Both the position numbers and the translations under genes were made by a program. From the IMG/VR virus record IMGVR_UViG_3300028048_000077, positions 32,001-96,000 of that record: a stretch of DNA of 64,000 bases; one strand, 5' to 3'. This document shows positions 42,886-52,897 of the stretch, in pieces (positions within the stretch are counted from its first letter, which is position 1; each line of letters starts with the position of its first letter). The notes beneath the pieces are model-generated. The model was not told the DNA's origin and made no database searches. It worked only from the letters and a program-made list of their open reading frames with translations. This DNA is from a virus. Its lineage: Duplodnaviria > Caudoviricetes.

Positions 42886-43587
42886 GTGAATAATATGATA
42901 AATAGAAGTATTATAGAATTATGTTTAAGACGTAATTCGGGGGGGGGGTACTATAATGTAGTGAATAATACAAGTTATTCATTCGTTAATGGTTCAAGCT
43001 TACCATACCCTTCTGACTATAAAATTCGTCCAGAATGTACAATAGATTTAAGAAGTGGAGAAACTGGAATAAATTTAAATAGTTATAAAATAAATAATAA
43101 AACTATATGTTTTTGGATAAAGGATACAAGTACGTATAGTGGAAATGGTGGAGTAATATTTAGCAATTTTAATTTAATGATTAAAAATAATACATTATAT
43201 ATTTTAAATGCTCCAGCATCTGGAACAGTTACATTATGCAGTCATGATTTTACTAAATGGACTTTTGTTGAAATATATGCAATAAATAATGGTAGTAGTT
43301 CTGTAAAAAATATTACATTATTTATAAATGGAACAAAAATAGGAACTTTTACTATTTATTATAATAATACATGGGATTATTATGGTGAAAGTATAAAATA
43401 TATTGGGTATTTTAGTTTAGGGAGCAATAAATTTAATTTTAATGGAATATTATCAGATGTATGTATAATTAATGGAAGATATCATACTGATGGTTATAAA
43501 ATTCCAAGTTATTATTTAAATCATTCATTATATGATAATATAAAATTTTATTTATTATATGAATCAAATGATAATATATATGGGTAA
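42886..43587 (+). CDS. LamG/ConA-lectin-like virion protein, phase-variable, ON state (G10 tract at 42939-42948)
   Basis: TICFWIK, WTFVEI, LFING, FNGILSDVCI LamG motifs; C-terminus YESNDNIYG; AACA-N6-TA at 42863. Confidence 0.8.
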   Translation: MNNMINRSIIELCLRRNSGGGYYNVVNNTSYSFVNGSSLPYPSDYKIRPECTIDLRSGETGINLNSYKINNKTICFWIKDTSTYSGNGGVIFSNFNLMIKNNTLYILNAPASGTVTLCSHDFTKWTFVEIYAINNGSSSVKNITLFINGTKIGTFTIYYNNTWDYYGESIKYIGYFSLGSNKFNFNGILSDVCIINGRYHTDGYKIPSYYLNHSLYDNIKFYLLYESNDNIYG

Positions 43588-43636
43588 TAAAAAAGAAAAT
43601 CCCTACCCAATAAGGGTAGGGATATTTTTATTATTA

Positions 43637-43840
43637 TTAATCACAGTAAGTTCTAGAGCATTTAGGACATCCAGTAATTAAAGTTTCTGCTGCTTCCTCT
43701 TTTGTATACTGATCACTTCCAGTACCAAAAATAGTATGTCCACAGCTCCAGCACACACCATCTTTAGGAGCAAAATATGGAGCCTTAAGCTTTACACATA
43801 ACTTTTTCTGCTCTTCAATACATTCTTCGATATAACTCAT
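43637..43840 (-). CDS. small Zn-ribbon protein
   Basis: CWSC...CPKC, AAGGAGG SD. Confidence 0.75.
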   Translation of the reverse strand: MSYIEECIEEQKKLCVKLKAPYFAPKDGVCWSCGHTIFGTGSDQYTKEEAAETLITGCPKCSRTYCD

Positions 43841-43853
43841 AAACTATTCCTCC

Positions 43854-45041
43854 TTATACTCCATATTTAATATAAAACTCTATTAATTTAGCTTTATACT
43901 CTTCATATCCAATTCCAGCATATCCAATTATTATATGATATAATTCTGATCTATGCCCTTCTGTATTATTCAATATTTTTTCTATTAAATCAAAAACTTC
44001 CTTTAAACAGAACATATATTGATTTATCATATTATTATACATAGAATTAAGATATGATTCTTTTGATTCTTCTTCCTCAGCTAATTTTCTTTTCTTTTCT
44101 TCAAATATTTTTCTTATATAATTATCTGTTTCAATTCTGTTACGTTTTTCCCTCTCTTCTATAATTCTTTTTAGTTTTTCCTCCTCTTCTTTAATCCTTT
44201 TTAGTTTTTCTGCTCTCTTTTTAATTAATTTTTCCTGGCATTCTTTAAATGCCTTTCTAAAAATATTTTTCTCTTCTTCAGATAAATATTTAAAAGGTCT
44301 TAAAAATCTTTCTAATTCTCTATTATTATTTTCATCAAGTTGTTTTCTTAATAATATTCTTCTTTTCGCATCAATTTCCTTTCTTTTATCTAATAATTCT
44401 TTATAATACTCATTTGTATGATTTAAATTAATTTTTAAAGAATAGTCTTCTAAAACTCTTTTATCATTATTAATTTTAGATGGATCATCATCAACCAAAT
44501 CCATAAAATCTAATAACCATTTACCTCTAGTAGGATGCCTAAGTTTTCTTAATGCTTTAGCTTCAATTTGCCGTATTCTTTCTTTTGATACTCCAAAATG
44601 TTTTCCAGTATTTTCCAAAGTTTCCATATTATCTAAAAATCTATACTTTAAAACATTCTTTTCTCTATCATATAAAGTATCAAGTATTATATGTATTCTT
44701 GCATTATATTCTTCTTTACAAATATCATTTATCATAACATCTTCAGTATAATAAACATCATCTATTAATTCAGATATGTACTCATTTTCTTTTAATAAAT
44801 TTCTTTTATACTTTGATACATTTCTATTTATTAAAAGATTAATAAACTGAGCTGGATAGTTATTCTTTAAACCACCTTTCTCTATAAGCTCTTCAACAAT
44901 ATTTTCAAATATATCTTCAGATACATCTGAATACTCTGGAAAATGAGAATCAATATATCCTATAACTTTATCTTTAAAGATATTATAAGAATCGATATCT
45001 CCTTCCATCATTCCATTAACAATTTTAGCATACGATTTCAT
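43854..45041 (-). CDS. sigma70-like protein (RpoD-type region 4, degenerate region 2) with C-terminal coiled coil
   Basis: [30 protein letters not shown]; early motif 45114-45129. Confidence 0.8.
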   Translation of the reverse strand: MKSYAKIVNGMMEGDIDSYNIFKDKVIGYIDSHFPEYSDVSEDIFENIVEELIEKGGLKNNYPAQFINLLINRNVSKYKRNLLKENEYISELIDDVYYTEDVMINDICKEEYNARIHIILDTLYDREKNVLKYRFLDNMETLENTGKHFGVSKERIRQIEAKALRKLRHPTRGKWLLDFMDLVDDDPSKINNDKRVLEDYSLKINLNHTNEYYKELLDKRKEIDAKRRILLRKQLDENNNRELERFLRPFKYLSEEEKNIFRKAFKECQEKLIKKRAEKLKRIKEEEEKLKRIIEEREKRNRIETDNYIRKIFEEKKRKLAEEEESKESYLNSMYNNMINQYMFCLKEVFDLIEKILNNTEGHRSELYHIIIGYAGIGYEEYKAKLIEFYIKYGV

Positions 45042-45225
45042 AGCTACTCCTCTCCTCTTTAAAACAAAAACTTAGTAAATTTTATAGGGAGTAGCATTTA
45101 AGCTACTCCCTATTCATATATATAGTATATAATTAAAAAATATTTTACACCATCTATCCCTGTACCCAACTAAGGGTACAGGGATAAATAGTTTTGAAAA
45201 AAGAAAAGCATGAAAATTACAGTAC

Positions 45226-45582
45226 TTATATGTTATTTAATGATAATAATCTATCTACGTCTTTATCTGTATAACCATCCCAGTGCTTAGCCTTAGGAAT
45301 CTCTTTACAGTCAAATAAGTTCCAATACTTATTCTCATAATGATATCCATATGCTCCTTTTGGAGTTTCAATGGTTACTAAGAACCAACCACCACCAAAG
45401 CAATCTTCACCGTCTTCATGCTTCTTAGTCTTCCAGGCTAACTCTTTATGAGAATTTACAATAGTAGCAAATAAAATACATCTCTGAAGATATAAATCAT
45501 TGAATGAATGAAATCCATCATCTACATCTCCAATATCATCTACACCTGCAATATCACAAATCTTCTTATATTTATCTTCCAT
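45226..45582 (-). CDS. conserved phage protein (DGFHSFNDLY / WDGY motifs)
   Basis: Motifs common in small phage hypothetical proteins. Confidence 0.7.
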   Translation of the reverse strand: MEDKYKKICDIAGVDDIGDVDDGFHSFNDLYLQRCILFATIVNSHKELAWKTKKHEDGEDCFGGGWFLVTIETPKGAYGYHYENKYWNLFDCKEIPKAKHWDGYTDKDVDRLLSLNNI

Positions 45583-45603
45583 AAATTATTACTCCTTTTA
45601 TCT

Positions 45604-45882
45604 TCAAGTACTTCTTTTTATTGCTTCATTTAAAGCGTCTTTATTTAATTTATAAATTTGTTTATGTAATGGTGTTACTTCATTTCTATTTATATTATTC
45701 TCTTCAATTTCTTGATTAAGATACTCTAATATTCCTTGTCTACAATCTATTTGATTAGTACCAGGTTTATATTCTTCTTGACAAATATTAATAATATTTT
45801 TTGTACAGTAGTTACATGTATTTTCTAATCTCCATTTTAAAAGCTCTTCTGGGGAAGATGCTATTTTCTGCCATCTCTTCAT
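45604..45882 (-). CDS. hypothetical Cys-containing protein
   Basis: 92 aa, CNYC, AGGAGG SD. Confidence 0.7.
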   Translation of the reverse strand: MKRWQKIASSPEELLKWRLENTCNYCTKNIINICQEEYKPGTNQIDCRQGILEYLNQEIEENNINRNEVTPLHKQIYKLNKDALNEAIKRST

Positions 45883-45938
45883 TTATACCCCTCCTAAAAA
45901 AGAAAGTCTCTCTACTCATAAGAGTAGAGAGAAAATTC

Positions 45939-46031
45939 TTAGTTATCTTTCTTCTTCAAACCAAGCATAACCAGGTTAAATACTACGATGCCAACAATAG
46001 CACCAGTTAAAAGGATTACAAGATCACCCAT
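45939..46031 (-). CDS. 30 aa single-TM peptide
   Basis: MGDLVILLTGAIVGIVVFNLVMLGLKKKDN, GAGG SD, followed by terminator at ~45905-45932. Confidence 0.6.
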   Translation of the reverse strand: MGDLVILLTGAIVGIVVFNLVMLGLKKKDN

Positions 46032-46051
46032 ATTATCTTACCTCTTTTCTA

Positions 46052-46582
46052 TTATTTATTCTCAATCCATGCTGGGCAAGGAGCAGTAACTTTAAGAGAC
46101 TCATAGGCTCCAACTTTGCTCATGCCACGGCCATAGATCTTCTTACCATTACTATCAATACCTACAACCTTAGGGAATGGACGAGAAGATGCTTCAATCT
46201 CTTTAAGCTCAATTGCTACATTGCTCTTCTCACGGCCACCCATAGCAATTTTACGACCAGTGTGTACATAAGAGTTTACAAACTCCTTACTGATGTTTAC
46301 CATGTTCTCAGCTTCAGAAGTTCCAAACTCATAGTTTACTGCAAGTGCATCAGCTTCAGTGTTACTAATGCCAGCAGAGTGCTGAAGAACAGAGGAAACA
46401 ATCTGCTTAGCAGATTCAGCAGGACAATACTCACCAGTCTTACCAGACTTGTCATAGACAGCTACTTTGTAAGAAGTGTCATTGAGCATAGCCTTCATTA
46501 CACGAACTTCGTCCTTCTTAGAGGAACTCTTCTGAGTAAGATTAGTCTTAATCTCGTTAATCAACTTTTCAACTTTTTCCAT
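46052..46582 (-). CDS. hypothetical protein, possibly DNA-binding
   Basis: 176 aa, AGGAGG SD, late-type promoter at ~46620-46633. Confidence 0.65.
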   Translation of the reverse strand: MEKVEKLINEIKTNLTQKSSSKKDEVRVMKAMLNDTSYKVAVYDKSGKTGEYCPAESAKQIVSSVLQHSAGISNTEADALAVNYEFGTSEAENMVNISKEFVNSYVHTGRKIAMGGREKSNVAIELKEIEASSRPFPKVVGIDSNGKKIYGRGMSKVGAYESLKVTAPCPAWIENK

Positions 46583-47028
46583 TTTAGAAACCTCCTATAT
46601 ATGCATATATAATGGAACCATTATAACTAAGTCTATTGCTTAGTAACTTTTAACTCATCTAATCCTATTGGTTTCAATGCTTTCACGTCAATTGGAGTGG
46701 ATTTTAAATCTATTTCACCCTCTTTTAACATTTCATTCTCTTTTAATTTCCTTGGTTTTATATTTTTCTCGTTCATCTTCAGTCAAATGGAAGAATACCT
46801 TAGGTAATTTTCCATGTTTTCCTTTCTCTAGAAGAAGTTTATCGAAATCTTCTCTAGAATATTTACATATCTCTTTAAAGAATTCTGTAGGCTTTGGCAT
46901 AGCTTCACCACCTTCATTATATTATTGGCAAGGGTTTAGAAAAGTATTTTAAGATAACAAAAAAGAAAGGGAAGCATTGTATTGCTTTCCCTTGAGGAAT
47001 TACAAGCCAGTATGTTGGTGATATGATG

Positions 47029-47109
47029 CTAGAAAATTAAGAATTTTATCAATTCTATTATCAGACTTTCGATTAAGCCCAATATGAATTGTATTAAAAT
47101 CTTCATCAT
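47029..47109 (-). CDS. small hydrophobic peptide D (26 aa), paralog of C, type I toxin-like
   Basis: MMKILIQFILGLIESLIIELIKFLIF; early motif 47177-47192, 5' hairpin, AGAAAGGAGG SD; terminator nearly identical to that of C. Confidence 0.7.
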   Translation of the reverse strand: MMKILIQFILGLIESLIIELIKFLIF

Positions 47110-47255
47110 ATCATTAACCTCCTTTCTGCTGGCGTGAATAGGGTATAGAGTAGTTGGTGAAGAAGCTATACCCTATTCATATCTATAGTATATAACTAAA
47201 AATAGTTAGTTTATCAGTATAAATCCCTCTACCCAAATGGGTAGAGGGAAATGTT

Positions 47256-47528
47256 TTAGTTAATAATCATATTAATAAAATCTTTAATATCAATTCGTTT
47301 ATTTTTATGTAATTCTTTAATAGTTTCTATTTTTTCTGGAATATTTTTTATAGTTTCATCTATAAGATGTTCTTTAATATCTAATATATCTATCCAAAAA
47401 TTATTATCAAACTCAATTTCAATATATTTTGTATTAATTTCTTTACCTAATAATTTTCTTACATTAGTTAATTTAGCTTTTGATATATCGATATGACTAT
47501 TATAATCAAGATTAATAATACAACTCAT
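47256..47528 (-). CDS. hypothetical protein
   Basis: 90 aa ORF. Confidence 0.55.
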   Translation of the reverse strand: MSCIINLDYNSHIDISKAKLTNVRKLLGKEINTKYIEIEFDNNFWIDILDIKEHLIDETIKNIPEKIETIKELHKNKRIDIKDFINMIIN

Positions 47529-47545
47529 AATTATTTTACCACCTT

Positions 47546-48316
47546 TTAATTAATACAATACATAATAGGCTGATTCTTGTTTGCTGGAGATACATAGGTT
47601 TCTTTAAGTTTATCCACAATATCTTGTCTTCTCTCTGCCTTATTCTGAAGATCACTTATCTTCATATCTGTACCAGCAAATACAGTTTCTATTCCATCAT
47701 AATATTTAAGATTTTCATATAGATAACTTGCTACATCTGCAATTGCAAGTTCTTCAAATGTTTCCATCTTAGTAGGAGCAATAGTCATAAGATTTGTACT
47801 ATGCTTAACAAATAAACTAATAGGAATCTTAGTAAGGAAATTGAGCATACTATGATCTATAATACCACTAAGTTTAATCATATTAGGCTCAATATATTCT
47901 ACATAAATACCATTTGAGAATACAGATACATGGTCAGCTATCATCTGAGTCATCATAATATCTTCAGCATCATAAGAAGAAGATAATAAATCAAATGTAC
48001 CCCATCCACCACCTAACTGATATGCTGGAGCTTTAGAAGAGAAATCATGCCAGTCTATATCACCAGCACCAAGTATCTTTACACTATTACATATATCTTC
48101 ATCTATGATATAAGTATTACGAAACTTTTTATTTTCTGGACCCAGAATATATCTTATCTTATGTGGAAAGAAACGAGAGAAGGTATCTAATGTATCTCCA
48201 TCTATTACTTCTACCCAAGTATCTTTTGCTAGATTATCTGGTAGATGTAGCATTTTTGTACCAATTCGACGCTCAATCTTATTCAAAAGATCAGTCATTC
48301 TATTATTCATTGGCAT
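47546..48316 (-). CDS. putative neck/head-completion virion protein
   Basis: 256 aa; LLNKIERRIG N-terminus reminiscent of T4 gp13-like neck proteins; weak. Confidence 0.45.
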   Translation of the reverse strand: MPMNNRMTDLLNKIERRIGTKMLHLPDNLAKDTWVEVIDGDTLDTFSRFFPHKIRYILGPENKKFRNTYIIDEDICNSVKILGAGDIDWHDFSSKAPAYQLGGGWGTFDLLSSSYDAEDIMMTQMIADHVSVFSNGIYVEYIEPNMIKLSGIIDHSMLNFLTKIPISLFVKHSTNLMTIAPTKMETFEELAIADVASYLYENLKYYDGIETVFAGTDMKISDLQNKAERRQDIVDKLKETYVSPANKNQPIMYCIN

Positions 48317-48377
48317 GGTAGTAAACCTCCAATCAATTATATACTATATATATGAGTAAGTAAGAAGGGAGAATCAT

Positions 48378-49130
48378 ATGTATAAACGAATTAAATTGTG
48401 GATCGATAAATCGTATGAAGCACTGAATGGTAAAATAAATAGAATACCAGCAGTTGGTTATACGATTAACTATGATCCTAATGTAACTAAATTGGGTGGG
48501 GAGAACAATGCATATCTAACATTTTATTCTCAAACCATTCAAAAATTTCTTTGTAATAAACTTAGTACAGAGAAAGAATACAGAGCTATGACTGTAATTA
48601 TTGTAGCACATGAGTTATCTCATATAGACCAAGCTATTGATTATGATAGATATTCTAATGATATTCAATATGCTAGAGCTATAGAAGAAGATAATAATAA
48701 GCGTACTTTTATATGGCTATTAAATAATCTAGAATATGTAAATAGTATTATGTATGGTATTGATATACAGTTCATAATCAATTATGCTAGGAATTATAAT
48801 GTAAATTTACAAAACAACGTAAATCTCTCTATTTATGATACTATACGTACACAAATAGAGCCTCTTATGAGTCAAGTAGCATGCAGATTTGACGATATGA
48901 TCAATATCACACTAAGAATACTAAAAAACAACATACCAATCGATTATATAGTAAAAATCAATGGTAAACTTGGAAATACTGAATCTATTATGAATGCTTT
49001 AAGAGAAATATATAGATATAATAAGTATATGTTAAAAAATATATTACTTAATAATTCTATTCTCATTGAAGTATCTCTTGATGAAGAAGATTCATACATT
49101 ACCAAACATATGCATTATTCAATAACTTAA
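48378..49130 (+). CDS. putative zinc metallopeptidase (HExxH)
   Basis: IVAHELSHIDQ...E; early motif 48340-48355. Confidence 0.6.
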   Translation: MYKRIKLWIDKSYEALNGKINRIPAVGYTINYDPNVTKLGGENNAYLTFYSQTIQKFLCNKLSTEKEYRAMTVIIVAHELSHIDQAIDYDRYSNDIQYARAIEEDNNKRTFIWLLNNLEYVNSIMYGIDIQFIINYARNYNVNLQNNVNLSIYDTIRTQIEPLMSQVACRFDDMINITLRILKNNIPIDYIVKINGKLGNTESIMNALREIYRYNKYMLKNILLNNSILIEVSLDEEDSYITKHMHYSIT

Positions 49131-49164
49131 AGAAAAAGAGTCCCAAGATGGGACTCTTTCTTTT

Positions 49165-50022
49165 TTATTTTAAGCAATAGTTCATAATCTCATTCTGTAC
49201 ATACTTCTCAAGTGGAACAAAGATTGTATCATAATTTTTATCTACTAATGTAACCATCTTACCATCTTCAGATAGTGCAATACTCTGATAGAAACAATCA
49301 AAGTTCTCAATAATAGTTTGAATATTAGTAGACTCCTGTTTGATATAATCAATTACGTTCTTATTGGAGAAAGGAGCAATAATCTGGAATCCTTCCTCTA
49401 CACCCTGGGTATTACCATATTCTTTAATCAGATCTTGATTAACCTTAAGCTTATATGGTTTATTCTGTAACTCTGTACCCTCGGTTACAATCTTCTCCAT
49501 ATATGCAGTAGGATGAGAAGGATAGTATACTCTATCCCAAGTAATAACTCTAAGGTTATTTACATATGCCTTACCATTACGATTCTCAATAGAACCAAGA
49601 GCTCTAAGAGAGAATGAAGGCTTTTCACCATAACGAAGATCTTTATCAAACTCATCACCAAATTGGTTATTAGTACCACGGAACTGAGCTTTTACTTTAT
49701 TTCCATCCATCCACAGTTTAGTATACTGAACCTGTACAAGTTTAGGCTCAATCTTAGCCTGACGAGCTAAATCTTTAGCATCTGGATGACCAGCCTCACC
49801 TTTAAGATTACCAGTCTCAAGAAGCTCTTTAGTACGAGGAGTTACATAAATCTCTCTATATAAATCCTTATGAGCATATACACGCTTATTACGGTTTAAC
49901 TGCTCAGCCTCCTGAATGATACCCTCACCAATTACTCTATAACCATCATCATTCTTTATCTGGAACTCAATCTCTTTTGCAGAAGATTCATTGATAATAT
50001 ATCCAATATTTGATACTGCCAT
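49165..50022 (-). CDS. prohead (capsid maturation) protease, T4 gp21-like
   Basis: NRNKRVY, GEAGHP, FSLRALGS, ITWDRVYYPSH. Confidence 0.85.
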   Translation of the reverse strand: MAVSNIGYIINESSAKEIEFQIKNDDGYRVIGEGIIQEAEQLNRNKRVYAHKDLYREIYVTPRTKELLETGNLKGEAGHPDAKDLARQAKIEPKLVQVQYTKLWMDGNKVKAQFRGTNNQFGDEFDKDLRYGEKPSFSLRALGSIENRNGKAYVNNLRVITWDRVYYPSHPTAYMEKIVTEGTELQNKPYKLKVNQDLIKEYGNTQGVEEGFQIIAPFSNKNVIDYIKQESTNIQTIIENFDCFYQSIALSEDGKMVTLVDKNYDTIFVPLEKYVQNEIMNYCLK

Positions 50023-50187
50023 TTTCTACGTTCCTCCCTTAATTTGATTATTAGTAAGTCAAATTGAGGAAAATGTAAAAGTAGAAAAAACGGGTTATAT
50101 ACTATAAATATGAATAGATGTCCGTATCTATTCATAATAAAAAAATGTTGGGGTTGCTCATCCCCATTGCTTAAGGAGGCGATTAAA

Positions 50188-50481
50188 ATGAGATGGTTAA
50201 ATAAAATAGTAAATAAGCAGGTTATCCGTGCCTTTAGTTTTATCCCAGCATTAGGCTGGAGAGAGGTTCCAGTCGAAGAGGTTAAACACTTCTTCAGACA
50301 TAACCTTGATAAGATGAAAGTAGATGACCGTGCCTCTTACCGTCGCACCTGTGACGGCAAGTTAGTTTGTTTTATCATTGCCTTTTATGGTAATGAAAAC
50401 AAGAAAGATGTCAATTATGTAAAGGGAATCCTTAAAGACGCCCTTTACAAGCATGAGAAAGCTATGAAGGGTGCTGCTTAA
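50188..50481 (+). CDS. hypothetical early protein
   Basis: Early motif 50098-50113; AAGGAGG before MRWLNK; terminator follows. Confidence 0.7.
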   Translation: MRWLNKIVNKQVIRAFSFIPALGWREVPVEEVKHFFRHNLDKMKVDDRASYRRTCDGKLVCFIIAFYGNENKKDVNYVKGILKDALYKHEKAMKGAA

Positions 50482-50499
50482 GCACCCTTCATTTTTTTT

Positions 50500-52824
50500 T
50501 TAGTCAATATATCCCATAAATCTCTTATATGCTATTATATCTTCCATCAAAGTATGTTTCTCTTCTTCTGTCATTGGCCTACTGTTAGGACCCTTTTCGG
50601 TACTATTAGCAACTTTACTAAATGTGAGTAAGCATGTACATAAGAATCTATCATCTTCTCTTACATATACATCTACTCTTCTATCTAATAAGAATAACCC
50701 ATCTTGATCAGAATGAGCATCATAATTTCTTATAATATATTTTTTGTTTATATTGAAGAGAGATACATCCATATCTTGTTTAAAGAGAGATATAACATTC
50801 TTATTATTCTCTATCTCAGATTTAATATTCTTAAGCATATTAGCATTATCATTCTTAATAGGAACTATCTTAGTACCAGTGCCTTCATATCCCTCTTCAT
50901 CTTTACCAAGATCTAACTCCATATCAAAAGAAGAAATACCAAGCTTACCAAGAGAATTAATATCTTTAACAGAATTAATATTCATAGTAAGATCATCTAA
51001 TTTATCATATGATAATCCAGATGCTGCTAAACTATTCATTTTGCTTTGAGCTGTTTCTGTAAACTTCTTAAGCATAGAAGTAGCAGTATCTCCTAATGTA
51101 GATATATTTATAAGAGAATTAGACATAATTCCTTTTAAATCCACACTGGAAGCAGCCTTACCAAGATTAGAAATAATTGGTGTTACAGAATTAGCAACAG
51201 TAGTAAATGTAGTTGGATACTTAGAAAATTGATCTATATAAGTTTCTGTATTTAGTTTAATATTAGAATATCCAGATAAACACTCAGTAAGTTTTTGTAT
51301 ATTTTTTGTTGTTTGCTCATTATATCCAGTATTTGTACTACTTATAATAGATATAGAACTTTGTAAACTAGCCATTATATCATCAGTAGTTCCTACATAT
51401 GGAATCAAAGTATCTTTACGATATTGCTCTAAATTCTGAGAATCAGTTTTTACTTGACTAAAACATCCACTCATTGTAGGAATATTAGATTTTATATTAA
51501 TAGGTGTAACTCCATCTACATATCCAGTAGAATTTGTAATATTTCCCATAATAGAACAAACACTAGATTTTCCTGTTTTATAATCACTAACTATATTTGA
51601 ATAATTTGAAGTACTAGTACTAAACAATTGTTTTGCATTTGCTAATTGATCTAATTTTTCTTGTTTTTGTGCTTTAGTCATTGCACCTACTAGCCCTTCT
51701 CCATCTTCTATTTCTTCTATAGTAGGAGTTGAACTAATTCTATCATACTCAGTATCTATAATTTGTAATGCAATAGACTGCAATGATAAATTATTCAAAT
51801 TTAACTTTGTGATCTTATTATCTGTAACATTAATCTCAGAGAGTATATCTTTATTATTTTCAGTAAATGATTTTATCTTTCCTGAAAATTTATCAGAGGT
51901 TTGAGTTATTTTTTCTACATTATCTTTTACACTTCCTAATTCTGTTACAGAATTATCTTTAGCAGGATTAAGAATAGATGTAATAGTATTGAATTGTTTT
52001 CCAGTATCATGATCTATCTTATAATCTGTATCTAAAGCATTAATATTAACTACATATAATTCATTTTCTTTATCTTCAGTTATACCAAATACATTTGCCG
52101 CTGCATCTTCAGCATCACATACTATAAATAATACGGTATCATATATATCATCTTTTCTAGCAATAGGGTTACCAGAAGAACTCATAATATATAAAGCATC
52201 TGGCTCAAAGAATACTCTACAATTAGTATCGTAAAATACGCTGAGTTCTAAATTAAGAAATTGTAAAGTTTTAAATAAACTATCCTGAGGAGGTATAATT
52301 AACTGATCATATGTAGGATTATAAGTAAATGGTTCTATTAAGGTAGGGATATTTTGAATATATTTTCCAACTATATTCATCATATCAGAATCAATCACAG
52401 TAGTATTATTAGTTTGCTTATTATATTCAATACAGTTCTTAAACATCAAACCAATGTATACTTCTTTAAATATATCTTTTCTATTTTCTGCACCCTTATA
52501 ATCTATCTCTTTATTATAATTGATATCATTATCTATAAAGTATAGACATTCATAATCCCACATAGGTTCTGCTGTTCCTTTAGGAGTACCTTCATCATTT
52601 ACAACTACTTTATCTATTCTAAGAGTCATAGTAGCAGTAGATGCATTTAAAATGATATCATCAAAAAGATTCTTATCTATATTTAATGTGCAATACATTG
52701 TAGGAGTTATTTTCTCTTTAAAATTATGATCTATAAAAAGCTTACGAATGTTTATAGAGTTTATAATAGTATGAGCATCTCCATTATTGTATGTAAGTTT
52801 AATATCATACTTATATCGTGCCAT
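50500..52824 (-). CDS. putative baseplate hub/tail protein with helical insertion
   Basis: 774 aa; beta-rich ends flank a ~330 aa S/T/N-rich helical segment; AACA-N6-TA promoter at ~52850. Confidence 0.45.
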   Translation of the reverse strand: MARYKYDIKLTYNNGDAHTIINSINIRKLFIDHNFKEKITPTMYCTLNIDKNLFDDIILNASTATMTLRIDKVVVNDEGTPKGTAEPMWDYECLYFIDNDINYNKEIDYKGAENRKDIFKEVYIGLMFKNCIEYNKQTNNTTVIDSDMMNIVGKYIQNIPTLIEPFTYNPTYDQLIIPPQDSLFKTLQFLNLELSVFYDTNCRVFFEPDALYIMSSSGNPIARKDDIYDTVLFIVCDAEDAAANVFGITEDKENELYVVNINALDTDYKIDHDTGKQFNTITSILNPAKDNSVTELGSVKDNVEKITQTSDKFSGKIKSFTENNKDILSEINVTDNKITKLNLNNLSLQSIALQIIDTEYDRISSTPTIEEIEDGEGLVGAMTKAQKQEKLDQLANAKQLFSTSTSNYSNIVSDYKTGKSSVCSIMGNITNSTGYVDGVTPINIKSNIPTMSGCFSQVKTDSQNLEQYRKDTLIPYVGTTDDIMASLQSSISIISSTNTGYNEQTTKNIQKLTECLSGYSNIKLNTETYIDQFSKYPTTFTTVANSVTPIISNLGKAASSVDLKGIMSNSLINISTLGDTATSMLKKFTETAQSKMNSLAASGLSYDKLDDLTMNINSVKDINSLGKLGISSFDMELDLGKDEEGYEGTGTKIVPIKNDNANMLKNIKSEIENNKNVISLFKQDMDVSLFNINKKYIIRNYDAHSDQDGLFLLDRRVDVYVREDDRFLCTCLLTFSKVANSTEKGPNSRPMTEEEKHTLMEDIIAYKRFMGYID

Positions 52825-52897
52825 GTATATTCCCCCTATTCTTCTTACTAATCTGTTTAAAATTTATCCCTCTACCAAAATGGTAGAGGGACTTATT

